Shown here in pieces: positions 44,809 to 58,679 of a stretch of 64,000 nt of DNA. The notes under the pieces are model-generated. The model ran no database searches. It saw only the letters and a list, made by a program, of their open reading frames with translations, and was not told the origin of the DNA. Source of the DNA: Eledone cirrhosa (Eukaryota); NCBI GenBank assembly GCA_964016885.1, contig OZ024753.1, positions 11,346,001 through 11,410,000 on the forward strand. The letters run 5' to 3'. The translations under genes and the position numbers were made by a program. Each line of letters opens with the position of its first letter. Within the stretch, counting starts at the first letter, position 1.

Positions 44809-44910
44809 TATATAAAAAAAATATATATGTATATATATACGCACACACTCATATTATATATATAATATAAATATATAATTATATATATATATATACACAC
44901 ATATATATAT

Positions 44911-44941
<31 letters not shown>

Positions 44942-44942
44942 G

Positions 44943-44987
<45 letters not shown>

Positions 44988-45129
44988 GTGTATATATATA
45001 TATATATACATGAATTGTGTTGATTGGTTAACTTAGGAAATTGGGTGTATAGAAACATTGAGAGATTTGTAAGTTATTTTTTGGGTTGGAAGATGGACTG
45101 GTAGGCTTTATATTAATATTAAACCAAAA

Positions 45130-45290
45130 CCTTTTGAATGATATTTGAGCGGACATATTGTTATTTGGCAGTAGATTTAATCCATTGTCCGTTTTTAAAT
45201 TACCGATGGCTTCTTCAGTAAGTTCAGTAGCGTCCTATCTTTCGATAGGTTCCGAATTAACGTCTCCCATTAATTGAAAAAGGTCATTCT
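45130..45290 (-). pseudogene. Possible decayed APE endonuclease fragment of a LINE
   Basis: Minus: LMGDVNS...*...AIGNLKTDNGLNLL resembles the GDFN...G...NG..L motif. Confidence 0.35.
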
Positions 45291-45667
45291 GAAAAAAGGT
45301 GTTAGGCTTACACTACCTCCTCTGACTAAGGCACGGTATTGTCCCATAACTCCTGATAGAATCGTAGGGGCGCAGTATTGACATACGGCGTTTGTTGGGA
45401 ATTTTTTAAAGCCTGGCGGGGCCCATCCCTTTCCCGGTCTGAGCACAGCAGATTTCTTCCAGAGAAAGATAACAAGTGAGAGAAGAGAAGACGATGAAGA
45501 TATATAGTGGAAGAATCGATACCAGTACTAGACTGCTACTTTTGCTATCGACTTCGAAAGGATGAAAAGCAAAGTGGACCTCGGCGAAATTTGAACTCAG
45601 ACACCAAAGAGCTGAAATGACTACCATTCTAACGACTGACTAAGGTGCACAGCCAAAACTTTAAACA

Positions 45668-45946
45668 TCAGTGGAGACCTATGGTGTCCTTGGCATTAAG
45701 ACCACCTCCCTACTCACCACCATAGGCACGGAGTTTGATACTCACAGGTCTGAGTTTCACAACCTGGTATGGCTCTCCAGCGCTTTTCCTTTACCATCCT
45801 CCGAGGAAACGCCTTCGTTATTCCGTCCGTCTGGTCCGCAAGGCTGCCAGCGCGCAGACCCCCATTTGCTTATAATAGTAGGAGATAGGGAGAGCTGGAG
45901 AAACGGAGGGAGTGACAGTGGGAGTTTTGTTCCACTATGTTCGGGC
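45668..45946 (+). mobile_element. CRE-like LINE 3' fragment
   Basis: VETYGVLG...; nucleotide similarity to 38285-38545. Confidence 0.65.
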
Positions 45947-46364
45947 CCGGTATATATGTATGATATATATTTATTTTCCACAGTACATTTACAACTTTTT
46001 AAGTAACAACAATTGATGTTCAATCAAAGTGAATGTTCCGTCAAGCTTATCCAAGAGATAAACTATAATTAGGAAAATAATTCATAGAATCAAATTACAT
46101 TATATATACAATAATAAACATTTCATGTTTTTCAATTTTATCTGAAAAATTATATCCTAAAATCGAAAGATAATTTCTGTAAAATTTTATGACATTAGGC
46201 AGAATATCGGATAAAAGATGTATTTTCAATATATTGGATATATCTCCCTACCACACACATTCTCCACACATGCCTACATCGATTGGAGCATACACAGTTG
46301 CTTCATTGTTTGGCCGACACACACACACACAGAGATATATAGATAGATAGAGAGAGAGAGGGAT

Positions 46365-46429
<65 letters not shown>

Positions 46430-46592
46430 GCAGAACAAAATATGTGTATGTGTGTGTGAATGCCTCAAACAATTCGATTGGTATCAGCTAAACTGCGGCT
46501 ACAACTTCAATTATGTATATATGTATATATATATATCTGTGTGTGTGTGTGTGTGTGTGTGCGCACTCGCGTGTGTGTGTATATATCTGTGC

Positions 46593-46629
<37 letters not shown>

Positions 46630-46711
46630 AAGGCGCATGGCTTAGTGCTTAGAGCGATGGAGGGCTTATGGTTTATCAGAGACAAAGTACAAACCGCCCA
46701 TCTCATTTTTA

Positions 46712-46747
46712 AGTTTGAAAAGCATAAGAACTGTGAAACCGGTAAAG
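46712..46747 (+). ncRNA. Degenerate hammerhead motif
   Basis: TTGAAAA-GCA-TAAGAAC-TGT-GAAAC-CG-GTA; palindrome ACCGGT; flanks homologous to 3700-3820. Confidence 0.4.
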
Positions 46748-46799
46748 GAAGTAAATAGATATTCTTAAAAAGACTCCAGTCGCATTTTCGATTTCTTTT

Positions 46800-46839
<40 letters not shown>

Positions 46840-46841
<2 letters not shown>

Positions 46842-47008
46842 CGAAGGAAATGTGGTAAGGAACCAGGTGGACCATAACGCACAAAAGTACTCAATACTTA
46901 GGGTAGTAGAGTGGGTAATAGGAACGAGTAGGACCCCGACCCCTGACGCCGTCCACCAGAATTAGCCGTCGAAACGGCTTGAGCTCAGCCGTCGGGGTCC
47001 TACTCGTT

Positions 47009-47048
<40 letters not shown>

Positions 47049-47194
47049 AAAAGAGTCAGGACCCCGATGGCTGAACTCGGGCCGTTTCGACAGCTAGATC
47101 CATTCGGATCCGTTCCTATTATCGACTCTATTACCCTAAGTATCGAGTACTCTGGTGAGTTATGGTCCACTTGGTATTTACCAACCCTTCTTTG

Positions 47195-47197
<3 letters not shown>
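46840..47197. mobile_element. Two adjacent family J fold-back copies separated by (TA)n
   Basis: 46840-47012 and 47046-47197 both match the family J consensus with internal inversions. Confidence 0.75.
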
Positions 47198-47241
<44 letters not shown>

Positions 47242-47519
47242 AAGAGAAAGAGAAAGAGAGAGAGAGAAATGTCTACGTCCCAGTGAAGAGAAAATACAAT
47301 AAATTTAAAGACCACACGAGCAAAATCCCGTTAACAATATAATGTAGATGCATGCAGAACAAAATAGCAACAGATAGATATTAAAACATTTCTCACATTG
47401 AAAATAAGGGGTCTGTAGTATTGCTGGTGCGATTGACAGACCTACCAAGCCCTAAGCTTTGTCAGTCGATTAAGTCACCTTGAGTTAGACACTCCTTTGA
47501 CTTCTTGTAACATAAACAT

Positions 47520-47761
47520 CAACAATATGATATGACCAGCAGTAGCACTAGCAACATCATCGCCTCGTCTCTCCACAATCACAGTCATCCCCACCGCCAA
47601 CACCACCACCACCTACACCACCACCACCACCACCGCCAACAACAACAACAACAGCAGCAGTAGCATTAGCAACATCACCGCCTTATCTCTCCACAATCAC
47701 AGTCATCCCCACCGCCAACAACACCACCACCACCACCACCACCACCACCACCACCACCACC

Positions 47762-47793
<32 letters not shown>

Positions 47794-48590
47794 CAACAGT
47801 AGCACTAGCAACATCATCGCCTCTTCTCCACAATCACAGTCACCACCAACACCTACACCACCACCACCAACAACAACAACAACAACAACAGCAGTAGCAA
47901 ACATCATCGCCTCTTCTCCACAATCACAGTCATCCCCACCGCCAACACCACCATCACCTACACCACCACCACCAACAACAACAACAGCAGTAGTAGCATC
48001 AGCAACAGCAGTAGCAACATGATACCCCCCCCCCCCCCCCCCCGCCCCTCCCAGCCATCACAGTCATCATCACCTACACCAACAACAACAACAACAACAA
48101 CAGCAGTTGCACTAGCAGCATCATACACGCACGACACAAACATCATCACCACCACCACCACCACCACCACCAGCAACACTAACACCATCCCTCTCCTCTC
48201 CACCATCACCGCCATCGCCACCACCAGTAAAACAACAACAGCAGTACACCAGCAACACCATCCCCCTCCTCTCCACCACCACCACCACCACCACCACCAC
48301 CGCCACCACCACCAGTAACAACAACAGCAACAGCAACATCATACCCCCTCTCCACCATCACAGTCGTCATCACCAGCACCAGCACCAGCAGTACACTAGC
48401 AACACCATCCCCTTCCTCTCCACCATCACCGTCACCACCACCACCAGTAACAACATCCCCTCCTCTCCACCATCACCGTCATCACCACCACCAGTAATAA
48501 TAACAACAACAACAACAGTACCGGCAACATCATACCCCCCCCCCCCCACCCCCTCATCACATTCACCATCACCGTCATCACCAAAAACAA
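47520..48590. repeat. Degenerate ACC/AAC repeat with reiterated CTCCACAATCACAGTCATC blocks
   Basis: Direct inspection. Confidence 0.85.
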
Positions 48591-48620
48591 ACAAACAAAC
48601 AGATGTGATGTCTTGATCAA

Positions 48621-48984
48621 TAATTGTTTCTACTTTAGGCACAAGGCCAGCAATCACCCAGTGTATGACTGGTACTTTATTTTATCGACCCCCGTATGGA
48701 TGAAAGGCAAAGTCAACCTCGGCGGGATTTGAACTCAGATGATCAATAATGGATCTTCTTAAGGATCAGAGCTAACCTAGGGTTAAATAACCATCACAAA
48801 TATAATTGTTTCTACTTTTGGCACAAGGCCAGCAATTATGCCAGTGTATTACTGGTACTTTATTTTATCGACCCCGTAAGGATGAAAGGCAAAATTAACC
48901 TCGGCGGGATTTGAACTCAGATCATAATGAGCCGTAACTCTATGATACAAAACATGGCGTCCGACCCTCTACTGATACTGCCAA
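48621..48984 (-). mobile_element. Two SINE family 1 copies (48621-48740 truncated, 48804-48984)
   Basis: Match to the within-window consensus. Confidence 0.85.
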
Positions 48985-49055
48985 TGATGACATCTAAGTC
49001 CTTAACTCTGATTATCTATCAGACCAATGTACCTTTCTTTCTAGCTCCATCACTA

Positions 49056-49088
<33 letters not shown>

Positions 49089-49099
49089 ATGTTTGTAAA

Positions 49100-49682
49100 A
49101 GGGTCGAGAACTTTAAATACCTTGGCTCTCATGTTATACACCCCTAAAAAGATTTCAGCATCCGTAAAGTTCTGGCATGGGAGGCGTGGAGCAGGCTTGA
49201 CAAGACTTGACGCTCAAATTTATCATCATCCTCAACAGTCCAAATCTATCGAACATTGATTGAACCAGTACTACCATATTGATCAGAAAGATAGACCTTA
49301 TCTGTTCGTCTTGAAAGACGGCTGGGTGGAGGATATAGAAATCTGCTCAGAAGAAACAAAAACATAAGCTGGAGATCACGCGCAACACTTGAAACCATCT
49401 GCGGAGATTTGATTCCAATATTCCTCAGACTCAACCAAAAAGACTACAGTTTGCTGGTCACTGTCATCGAGCTGACAAAGAAATCATTTCATCTGTCCGT
49501 CTGTGGCATCCCTCTCGATGTGTCTATTCACGAAAACTGACTTTCCCAGACACCATAGCTCGGGACTCAGGGTTGGACATAAAGGATCTGGGGACAGCAA
49601 TACAGGACCACACAGTGTGGAAAGGGATTGTCAAGAGAGTTCCGACTCCCCACAGAGGAGTCGAAGGATGATGATGATGATG
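49100..49682 (+). mobile_element. Degenerate RTE-clade LINE 3' fragment
   Basis: Translates to NFKYLGS...KNISWR...RLQFAGHCHRADKEIISSVRLWHP...KLTFPDTIARDSG with stops and frameshifts; (GAT)n tail. Confidence 0.8.
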
Positions 49683-50219
49683 TATGTTGATGAATATGTG
49701 ACTCATTGCCTTGTTTTTTTGTTGTCCCCAGCTGATTTTATTCTATCGTCAAAGCCCTTCACACCCACACACGTTTCAGTCTTATTCCTTTCCACTCATT
49801 CCGGACTTTCTTTTCCTTTTCTAAATTTTGCACCTTTACAATTTTTACTTAAAAGTCGTTTGTAGTGTTTGTGGATTGGCTGTTTAATTCTTATGTGTGC
49901 TGGCTGGTTGGTAGGTAGGTTGTGTGGGTGGTTATTTGAGGGTCTGATTTGAATAATAAGCTACTGCACTCTTTAACCACTCCTAACCGTTTTTGTTTTG
50001 TTCACACAACGCGGCTGTCACTCCTGCAACAGCAATAAAAACAACAAAAACAACAACAGCCCATAAAAAGAAAAGAGCTACAACTAAACCCCACCCCCCT
50101 CCTCTACCAGTCAGCACACCCTCACCTACCTCAAACAATACACGAAATGTTTAAACGAAGTTATAGAAATTATTTCAAATATACGGCAAGCAAAAAAAAA
50201 AAAAATGCTGTTAGACGAA

Positions 50220-50495
50220 GCCAGTAATTATCCCAGTGTATTACTGGTATTTTATTTTATCGACCCCGTAAGGATGAAAGGCAGACTTAGCCTCGACAGG
50301 ATTTGAACTCAGACCGTAAAGGGCCGTAACTTTATGCTGCAAAATATGGCGTCCGTCCCTCCCCCGATACTGCCAATCCACCGCCCTTATAATAATAATA
50401 GTTTCTGATTTAGGCACAAGGTCAACCAATTTTTGGGGAAGGAAAATGTCGATTGAATCGACCCCAGTGTATTACTGGTACTTTATTTATCGACC
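50220..50495 (-). mobile_element. SINE family 1 copy and tail of a related subfamily
   Basis: 50220-50386 matches the consensus; 50398-50495 has a longer GTCGATTGAATCGAC tail. Confidence 0.8.
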
Positions 50496-50910
50496 CAATA
50501 ACATTAATAACAAGATGTTTGCTTCTATTCATTCGATATGATAGTATTTACACTCTCTACTTCGAATGACAGTAATTAATTATGTACCTTTGTATTACTG
50601 TTTATATCTAGCTCTCAAGCTGACATATATATACGCATAAAACATGGAGTTTAAAAAGACAATCTAATACAACAAAAACAACAGCAATATCAACAATAGT
50701 AATCTAGCTTTTATATCTATATTTCTGTGCCGGGTGAGTGTGTATTGGGGTGGGTTTATAAGTAAATATATATGAGTGAATTGCTAGGTTTGGAAGAGAG
50801 AAAAGATGAATGAATGATTCTACAACACCAATGGAAAAGAAAAAAAGTACAGAACATTGGGGAAACATCGCGAGGCTACACATAAATCTCTTGTATGTAA
50901 ACGTATCTCT

Positions 50911-51199
50911 TAACAACAATACGGCAGAATTATTTCACTCCAATTGACCCCGCTTTTTTTAACATTACACCAGAACACATTAAAAGAGAAACAGACCCCA
51001 TGGAGTTCAAGAAGTCTTTGCACAAATTCCTTCAAGAAATCCCGGATAAAGCTCCAACACCCGGATATATCTCCGTAAAGAACAACTCTTTACTTGAGTG
51101 TGCCATGGTGCCCAAACCTTGATTTGAAAGACTTCGCCGGGTGGTACTATTAAGTTAGACATTGCCTGGGCCAATACTGGCCGAAAGTTATGAAAGTTT
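50911..51199 (+). mobile_element. 3' fragment of the same LINE family as 23990-25400
   Basis: Colinear with 25093-25380 (ACAACAATACGGCA...GGGCCAATACTGGCC...AAAGTT). Confidence 0.85.
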
Positions 51200-51251
51200 C
51201 TCTGTCTCTCTGTCTATATATACATATAGATACACACACACACACACACAC

Positions 51252-51460
<209 letters not shown>

Positions 51461-52629
51461 ATATATATATACATACATATATATATATATATATATATTT
51501 ATATCATGTTTCGCTTATATATATATATATATATATAATCTTTCGCTTGTTTTAACCTCTCACGTTATTCAAATATCCAGCCCATCCATTTCTGTCGGTT
51601 TTTCATGTTTTTACATATAATTCTTTGTTTTCTAAACTGCAGTATTTCATTATTTGTTATTTATTTATTATTCATTATATTTTTTCTTCTATTATTCTTT
51701 TACAAATGGCGTCTCTAGATTAAGAAAGAAGAAGTAAACTTAATTGATCACTAAATACAGAATGAATAAACATAACCCTCCATTCAGAACTAATCATTGC
51801 TCTTAAGGTATGTCCTGATCGGTTTACATGCTTAACTGACCTAAGCTACGACATTTGACGTTAACGGAAATGTCTGAGGAGGAACTATGGTTCAAAACAT
51901 CAGGTATTCTTTTAAGTAGCTGGAACCAACCGTGGCAGTTCAGAGTCTTAGAATTCAGATCACGTAGAGACAACCTCCCTACCTCTTACTCTATCTCATT
52001 CGCATATACTACATATATCATACACACACTCTACACATGCATATATATAGTCAGACATATATCAAAGTATCTTTGTAAATATACACATGTATACACATAC
52101 ACCAGCACCACTACATATACAAGCATATAAATATGCATTCACACACAGAAACACACAAGCAAAACCTATGCACTCACACATACCCCCCGCATACACAAGA
52201 CATTAACACACGTATTCACACATACACAAGCAAAACTCTGCTCCCCAACACACTTACCCATACCGCATGCACAAGAATTTGTATACGTGTTCACACATAC
52301 ACAAGCAAAACTTTGCTCGCCAACACACTTACCCACACACACACCGCAGGCACAAGCATTTATTTAGGCATTCACACATACACAAGCAAAATTATGCGTA
52401 CACAAACACCGCGTATTTACATACGCATTCACGTATAGACAATCAACACTGCACACATACACACACACACACGCAGAAATATATACAAGCACACACACAT
52501 CCACTCACAAGCCTTTCTTTGTATAAACACTCATACAGTTACATAATGAAGCATACTGCAACATATATACAAAACTACATACACATATGTACACACAACT
52601 GCAACCATACAGAAACATACAATCACACA

Positions 52630-52860
52630 TCATCCACATCATCCGTCAGTCTCAGCCAAAATCGATTCAACAATTGATCTCCACGTGGGTCTGTCGTTCA
52701 TTGCCGGTGCCGAGTCCTGGATTTCAATACCAGAATCTCTGGAGATTACATCGGGATAGGAGAGCTTGTGTCCCCTGTTATTAGTGACTGCTTGTGGTTT
52801 CCAAAGCACTAATGGGGACACAGCCTCATAGGTGGCATGATGGCAGTGGCCAGCAATTTG
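52630..52860 (-). mobile_element. RTE LINE 3' end that seeds the 107-bp array
   Basis: Minus: AGHCHHATYEAVSPLVLWKPQ...KLSYPDVISRDSGIEIQD...NDRPTWRSIV* followed by a GATG-like tail. Confidence 0.8.
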
Positions 52861-54857
52861 GGATAGGAGAGCTTGTGTCCCCTGTTATTAGTGACTGCTT
52901 GTGGTTTCCAAATCACTAATGGGGACACAGCCTCATAGGTGGCATGATGGCAGTGGCCAGCAAATCGGGATAGGAGAGCTTGTGTCCCCTGTTATTAGTG
53001 ACTGCTTGTAGTTTCCAAATCACTAATGGGGACACAGCCTCATAGGTGGCATGATGGCAGTGGCCAGCAATTTGGGATAGGAGAGCTTGTGTCCCCTGTT
53101 ATTAGTGACTGCTTGTGGTTTCTAAAGCACTAATGGGGACACAGCCTCATAGGTGGCACGATGGCAGTGGCCAGCAAATCGGGATAGGAGAGCTTGTGTC
53201 CCCTGTTATTAGTGACTGCTTGTGGTTTCCAAAGCACTAATGGGGACACAGCCTCATAGGTGGCATGATGGCAGTGGCCAGCAATTTGGGATAGGAGAGC
53301 TTGTGTCCCCTGTTATAAGTGACTGCTTGTGGTTTCCACAGCACTAATGGGGACACAGCCTCATAGGTGGCATGATGGCAGTGGCCAGCAAATCGGGATA
53401 GGAGAGCTTGTGTCCCCTGTTATTAGTGACTGCTTGTGGTTTCCAAAGCACTAATGGGGACACAGCCTCATAGGTGGCATGATGGCAGTGGCCAGCAAAT
53501 CGGGATAGGAGAGCTTGTGTCCCCTGTTATTAGTGACTGCTTGTGGTTTCCAAAGCACTAATGGGGACACAGCCTCATAGGTGGCATGATGGCAGTGGCC
53601 AGCAAATCGGGATAGGAGAGCTTGTGTCCCCTGTTATTAGTGACTGCTTGTGGTTTCCAAAGCACTAATGGGGACACAGCCTCATAGGTGGCATGATGGC
53701 AGTGGCCAGCAAATCGGGATAGGAGAGCTTGTGTCCCCTGTTATTAGTGACTGCTTGTGGTTTCCAAAGCACTAATGGGGACACAGCCTCATAGGTGGCA
53801 TGATGGCAGTGGCCAGCAAATCGGGATAGGAGAGCTTGTGTCCCCTGTTATTAGTGACTGCTTGTGGTTTCCAAAGCACTAGTGGGGACACAGCCTCATA
53901 AGTGGCATGATGGCACTGGCCAGCAAATCGGGATAGGAGAGCTTGTGTCCCCTGTTATTAGTGACTGCTTGTGGTTTCCAAAGCACTAATGGGGACACAG
54001 CCTCATAGGTGGCATGATGGCAGTGGCCAGCAAATCGGGATAGGAGAGCTTGTGTCCCCTGTTATTAGTGACTGCTTGTGGTTTCCAAAGCACTAATGGG
54101 GACACAGCCTCATAGGTGGCATGATGGCAGTGGCCAGCAATTTGGGATAGGAGAGCTTGTGTCCCCTGTTATTACTGACTGCTTGTGGTTTCCAAAGCAC
54201 TAATGGGGACACAGCCTCAGAGGTGGCATGATGGCAGTGGCCAGCAAATCGGGATAGGAGAGCTTGTGTCCCCTGTTATTAGTGACTGCTTGTGGTTTCC
54301 AAAGCACTAATGGGGACACAGCCTCATAGGTGGCATGATGGCAGTGGCCAGCAAATCGGGATAGGAGAGCTTGTGTCCCCTGTTATTAGTGACTGCTTGT
54401 GGTTTCCAAAGCACTAATGGGGACACAGCCTCATAGGTGGCATGATGGCAGTGGCCAGCAATTTGGGATAGGAGAGCTTGTGTCCCCTGTTATTAGTGAC
54501 TGCTTGTGGTTTCCAAAGCACTAATGGGGACACAGCCTCATAGGTGGCATGATGGCAGTGGCCAGCAAATCGGGATAGGAGAGCTTGTGTCCCCTGTTAT
54601 TAGTGACTGCTTGTGGTTTCTAAAGCACTAATGGGGACACAGCCTCGTAGGTGGCATGATGACAGTGGCCAGCAATTTGGGATAGGAGAGCTTGTGTCCC
54701 CTGTTATTAGTGACTGCTTGTGGTTTCTAAAGCACTAATGGGGACACAGCCTCGTATGTGGCATGATGGCAGTGGCCAGCAATTTGGGATAGGAGAGCTT
54801 GTGTCCCCTGTTATTAGTGACTGCTTGTGGTTTCCACAGCACTAATGGGGACACAGC
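52751..54857. repeat. 107-bp satellite, about 19.7 copies
   Basis: GGGATAGG recurs at 52753, 52860, 52967 and onward. Confidence 0.97.
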
Positions 54858-54887
54858 ATGACCGTCCCAAAGTATAATATATATATA

Positions 54888-55044
54888 TAACAAAGGTGTG
54901 GTAAGAAAGGTGTGAACCATAACGCACAAGAGTACTCGATACTCAGTGTAGTAGAGTGGGTAATAGGAAAAGAGTAAGGAGCCCGAACTCGGATCTAGCT
55001 GTCTAAACGGCCGGAGCTCAGCCGTCGGGGTCCTGACTCTTTTC

Positions 55045-55047
<3 letters not shown>
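54888..55047. mobile_element. Family J fold-back copy
   Basis: AACAAAGGTGTGGTAAG...inverted arm ending CTTTTCCTA. Confidence 0.7.
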
Positions 55048-55130
<83 letters not shown>

Positions 55131-55175
55131 GCATATTTAGTACTGTAACATTGTTTTGTTTCGACGCTATGTTGC

Positions 55176-55400
55176 CTATCTATCTATCTAAGGCGGGTAA
55201 AATTCCCGAGATCCATGGACGAGTTCTCTCCAGCGGTCTCTGTCCCTCATTATCGCTGCCATGTCCAGCGTCTCCAACAGACCAGTGTCTGTCCTCAGGG
55301 CATCAACATACGTTAACCTTGGTCTTCCTCTTCTAGTGTGTCCATGTAGGGGCTCCCACGGGAGCACTGAGTGCAATGTCAACCATGTTGCCTAACACAA
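55176..55400 (-). mobile_element. RTE LINE 3' fragment
   Basis: ORF 55188-55382 WEPLHGHTRRGRPRLTYVDAL..DTGL...MRDRDRWR; (TAGA)n tail. Confidence 0.8.
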
Positions 55401-56097
55401 TATATCTATAGGTTTTTAAAACACTGTATATACAAATACAAGGTATTTACATAAATATTTTTGTTGGTTAAAAATTTATGCGTATATAGTATAGTATAGT
55501 ATAGTATAGTATAGTATAACATATTACAATAGTGATGGTCGTGAACGGAATATATCTACACAGTCAACATTTATTTGAATGTAAACTTCATATTTGTGGA
55601 GTGGAACCATCTTTATCGATGATTGCCCACAGGTTTATTTGGGTTAGATTCATTATCTTCTTCATCTTTAATGCTCTTATCACCAGCGCCATCCCCTCTT
55701 CCTTCCCTCTCTTCCTTCTCCCCTCCTGCTATCCTCCCTCCTCCCCACCATCACCATCACCATCATCATTTGGGCAGTAGATTAACCGAAAGAGCAGTGC
55801 ATCGAATATACTCATAATGGCACTTAATTCCACGTGACTAACGTTCTGATTGTTGCATATTACCGTGGATAATGGAATTAAATGATAGACTTAAATGAAG
55901 TGTCATGGATAGCTTCAGGATTAGTCCGCTCTTATACCAGAAACATGTATGTCATTTTGACTAATCTATTGAAAGAACGTTGACTAAGCGTCTTTATGTC
56001 CAGTAAACAAAATGAAACTCTATTGGAATCCGTATGCACTTTAGGTGACCATCATTAATGTACTTTTGATAACTTAAGTCTAAAATATCAGCATTAT

Positions 56098-56470
56098 TGG
56101 ATTGGCAGTATCGGTAGAGGGTTGGGCGCCATGCTTTGCAGCAAAGAGTTTACGGTCCTTGCCATTGTGAGTTCAAATCCCGCCGAGGTTAACTTTGCCT
56201 TTCATCCTTACGGGGTCGATAAAATAAAGTACCAGTAATGCACTGGGTAATTGCTGGCCTTGTGCCTAAAGTAGAAACAATTATTGGATTGGCAGTATCG
56301 GTAGAGGGTTGGACGCCATGCTTTGCAGCAAAGAGTTACAGCCCTTTATGGTCTGAGTTCAAATCCCGCCGAGGTTTACTTTGCCTTTCATCCTTACGGG
56401 GTCGATAAAATAAAGTACCAGTAATGCACTGGGATAATTGCTGGCCTTGTGCCAAATGTAAAAACAATTA
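56098..56470 (+). mobile_element. Head-to-tail dimer of SINE family 1
   Basis: Two copies joined at ACAATTATTGGATTGGC. Confidence 0.9.
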
Positions 56471-56569
56471 TAAGATACCATAATTTCTTTCCATACTCTG
56501 ATGAGTATGTGTGTATATGTGTGAGCGAGTATGTATGTGCATATGCATACATTTATATGTATGAGTATA

Positions 56570-56850
56570 TGAAAATATTCAGGACCCCCGACGGCTGAGC
56601 TCCGGCCGTTTCGACAGCTAGATCCTAACTAATGGGGTAATATGAAAAGATTCAGCACCCCGACGGCTGAGCTCCGGCCGTTTCGACAGCTAGATCCTAA
56701 CTAATAGGTAATACGAAAAGATACAGTACCCCGACGGCTGAGCTCTAGCCGTTGGAGTCATGAATCTTTTCATATTACCCACTCTATGACCCCAAGTATC
56801 GGGTACAGTGGTGGGTTTTGGGCCACCTAGTATCTTACAACACCCTCTTT
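56570..56850. mobile_element. Family J copy with reiterated short arms
   Basis: CCCCGACGGCTGAGCTC occurs three times, followed by an inverted long arm. Confidence 0.65.
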
Positions 56851-57497
56851 GATATGTATGAGTATATAAATTGATATGTATGAGTATATAAATATAAACG
56901 CGCAAACAGACAGAAACACTTACAAACATACATTCACACAAACACACACACACACACACACACACATTTACACAAATACTCACATACACATACACTCACA
57001 CAGGGCGTAGTTTTTTCACCACCCCCTTCCTTCCTTTTACACACACACACGTATATACATTCACGTAGGCAGCCGACGTAAAGAGAGAGGAGTAGTATGA
57101 GGTTGTGAAGCTACTCCTCACAATTTACGTTATTGTGATAGAATCGCAGAAATTTATATAAATATATGTTATGCTGAAATCAGTTACTAAATTGTGATTG
57201 GTCACTTCGCTTGAAGCTATTTCATCGTTTGTGATTTCGTACGAGTAATTGTATGCGTGCTTAATCTATTTCATATATATTTCTTAATAATTCAGAAATA
57301 TAATTTATATGTTTCCAGTCACACACAATTTTTTCAATCTTAATTTCATCGCTTCAGAGAATTATTTTATTGTGAATTCAAATATAGATTACATCCAAAT
57401 ATGTCGATCAAAACCCTGTAATTACAATTATATACATAAACTTTATGTACTATACTCTCAAATACCCGCACACATGTATATATATATATATATATAT

Positions 57498-57695
57498 AAC
57501 GAAGGAAATGTGGTGAGGAACCAGGTGGACCATAACGCACCAAAGTACTCAATACTTAGGGTAGTAGAGTGGGTAATAGGAACGAGTAGGACCCCGACGG
57601 CTGAGCTCAAGCCGTTTCGACGGCTAATTCTGGACTAATTCCAGAATTAGCCGTCGAAACAGCTTGAGCTCAGTCGTCGGGGTCCTACTCGTTCC

Positions 57696-57697
<2 letters not shown>
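57498..57697. mobile_element. Family J fold-back copy
   Basis: Centre CTGGA-CTAAT-TCCAG; both ends in (TA)n. Confidence 0.8.
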
Positions 57698-57727
<30 letters not shown>

Positions 57728-57759
57728 CATTATCGGAGAAAGCTTTTAGCGATACTCCG

Positions 57760-57795
<36 letters not shown>

Positions 57796-58006
57796 TTATT
57801 GATTTATTGATATTTTATCTGAGTGACCCGAATCTTCCTGGTCGTAATTTTTCGGCTGCGTGGGTGATTTTAGACATAATCTTTGTGTGTTGGTATTTTA
57901 ACGATAGTTATAGCTCTGATTTATCTGAATTATTGAGCCCTCTGCCACTCATGTCGAATTTGTTTATCGTAAACTCGTGAGCCGATTTTCCGATACTCGA
58001 TTATTC

Positions 58007-58132
<126 letters not shown>

Positions 58133-58155
58133 TATATATTATATATTATATAATA

Positions 58156-58519
58156 CAGTTGTCACTCGGTATTCGCGGGGTTTACACTCCTAAAACACAC
58201 GCGAAGAGTGGGAAACCGCAAATATTGGATGCGGTCCATAAAAATGCCTACAAACGTCAAAATATAACGTAAAATATAATTTAAAGAAAACCCAGAAAGA
58301 GCGTCTTATGCGAAGTGGTGTCCAATATGCCGGCAAATGCAGTATATTGTTATTAATAATTTAGCATTAAAAATATATATATTGCCACGGAAAAAACCAT
58401 TAAAAAATCGCGGAAGATATTTCCGATTCCGCGAATATGCGGTAGTTTCCACGAACAATTATTTGTTAGGTTCGAATGAAAATTCTACGATAACTGGGGA
58501 CGCTAAGGCCAGGCATACA

Positions 58520-58522
<3 letters not shown>
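58156..58522 (+). mobile_element. Tigger/pogo-like MITE
   Basis: TA-CAGT...ACTG-TA ends, internal CCGCGAATA repeats; second copy at 61590. Confidence 0.65.
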
Positions 58523-58593
<71 letters not shown>

Positions 58594-58634
58594 AAGAACA
58601 CAAGAGCGTCTACAACATCAAAAGATTTTTATTG

Positions 58635-58679
58635 GCTAACAATGTTTCTTCCTTACGTAACCGTAGGATTCGTCAGAGC
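58635..58679 (-). ncRNA. Hammerhead ribozyme motif
   Basis: Minus: GCT-CTGACGA-ATCCTACG-GTTA-CGTAAGGAA-GAAAC-ATT-GTT-AGC-C-AATAAA. Confidence 0.75.
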
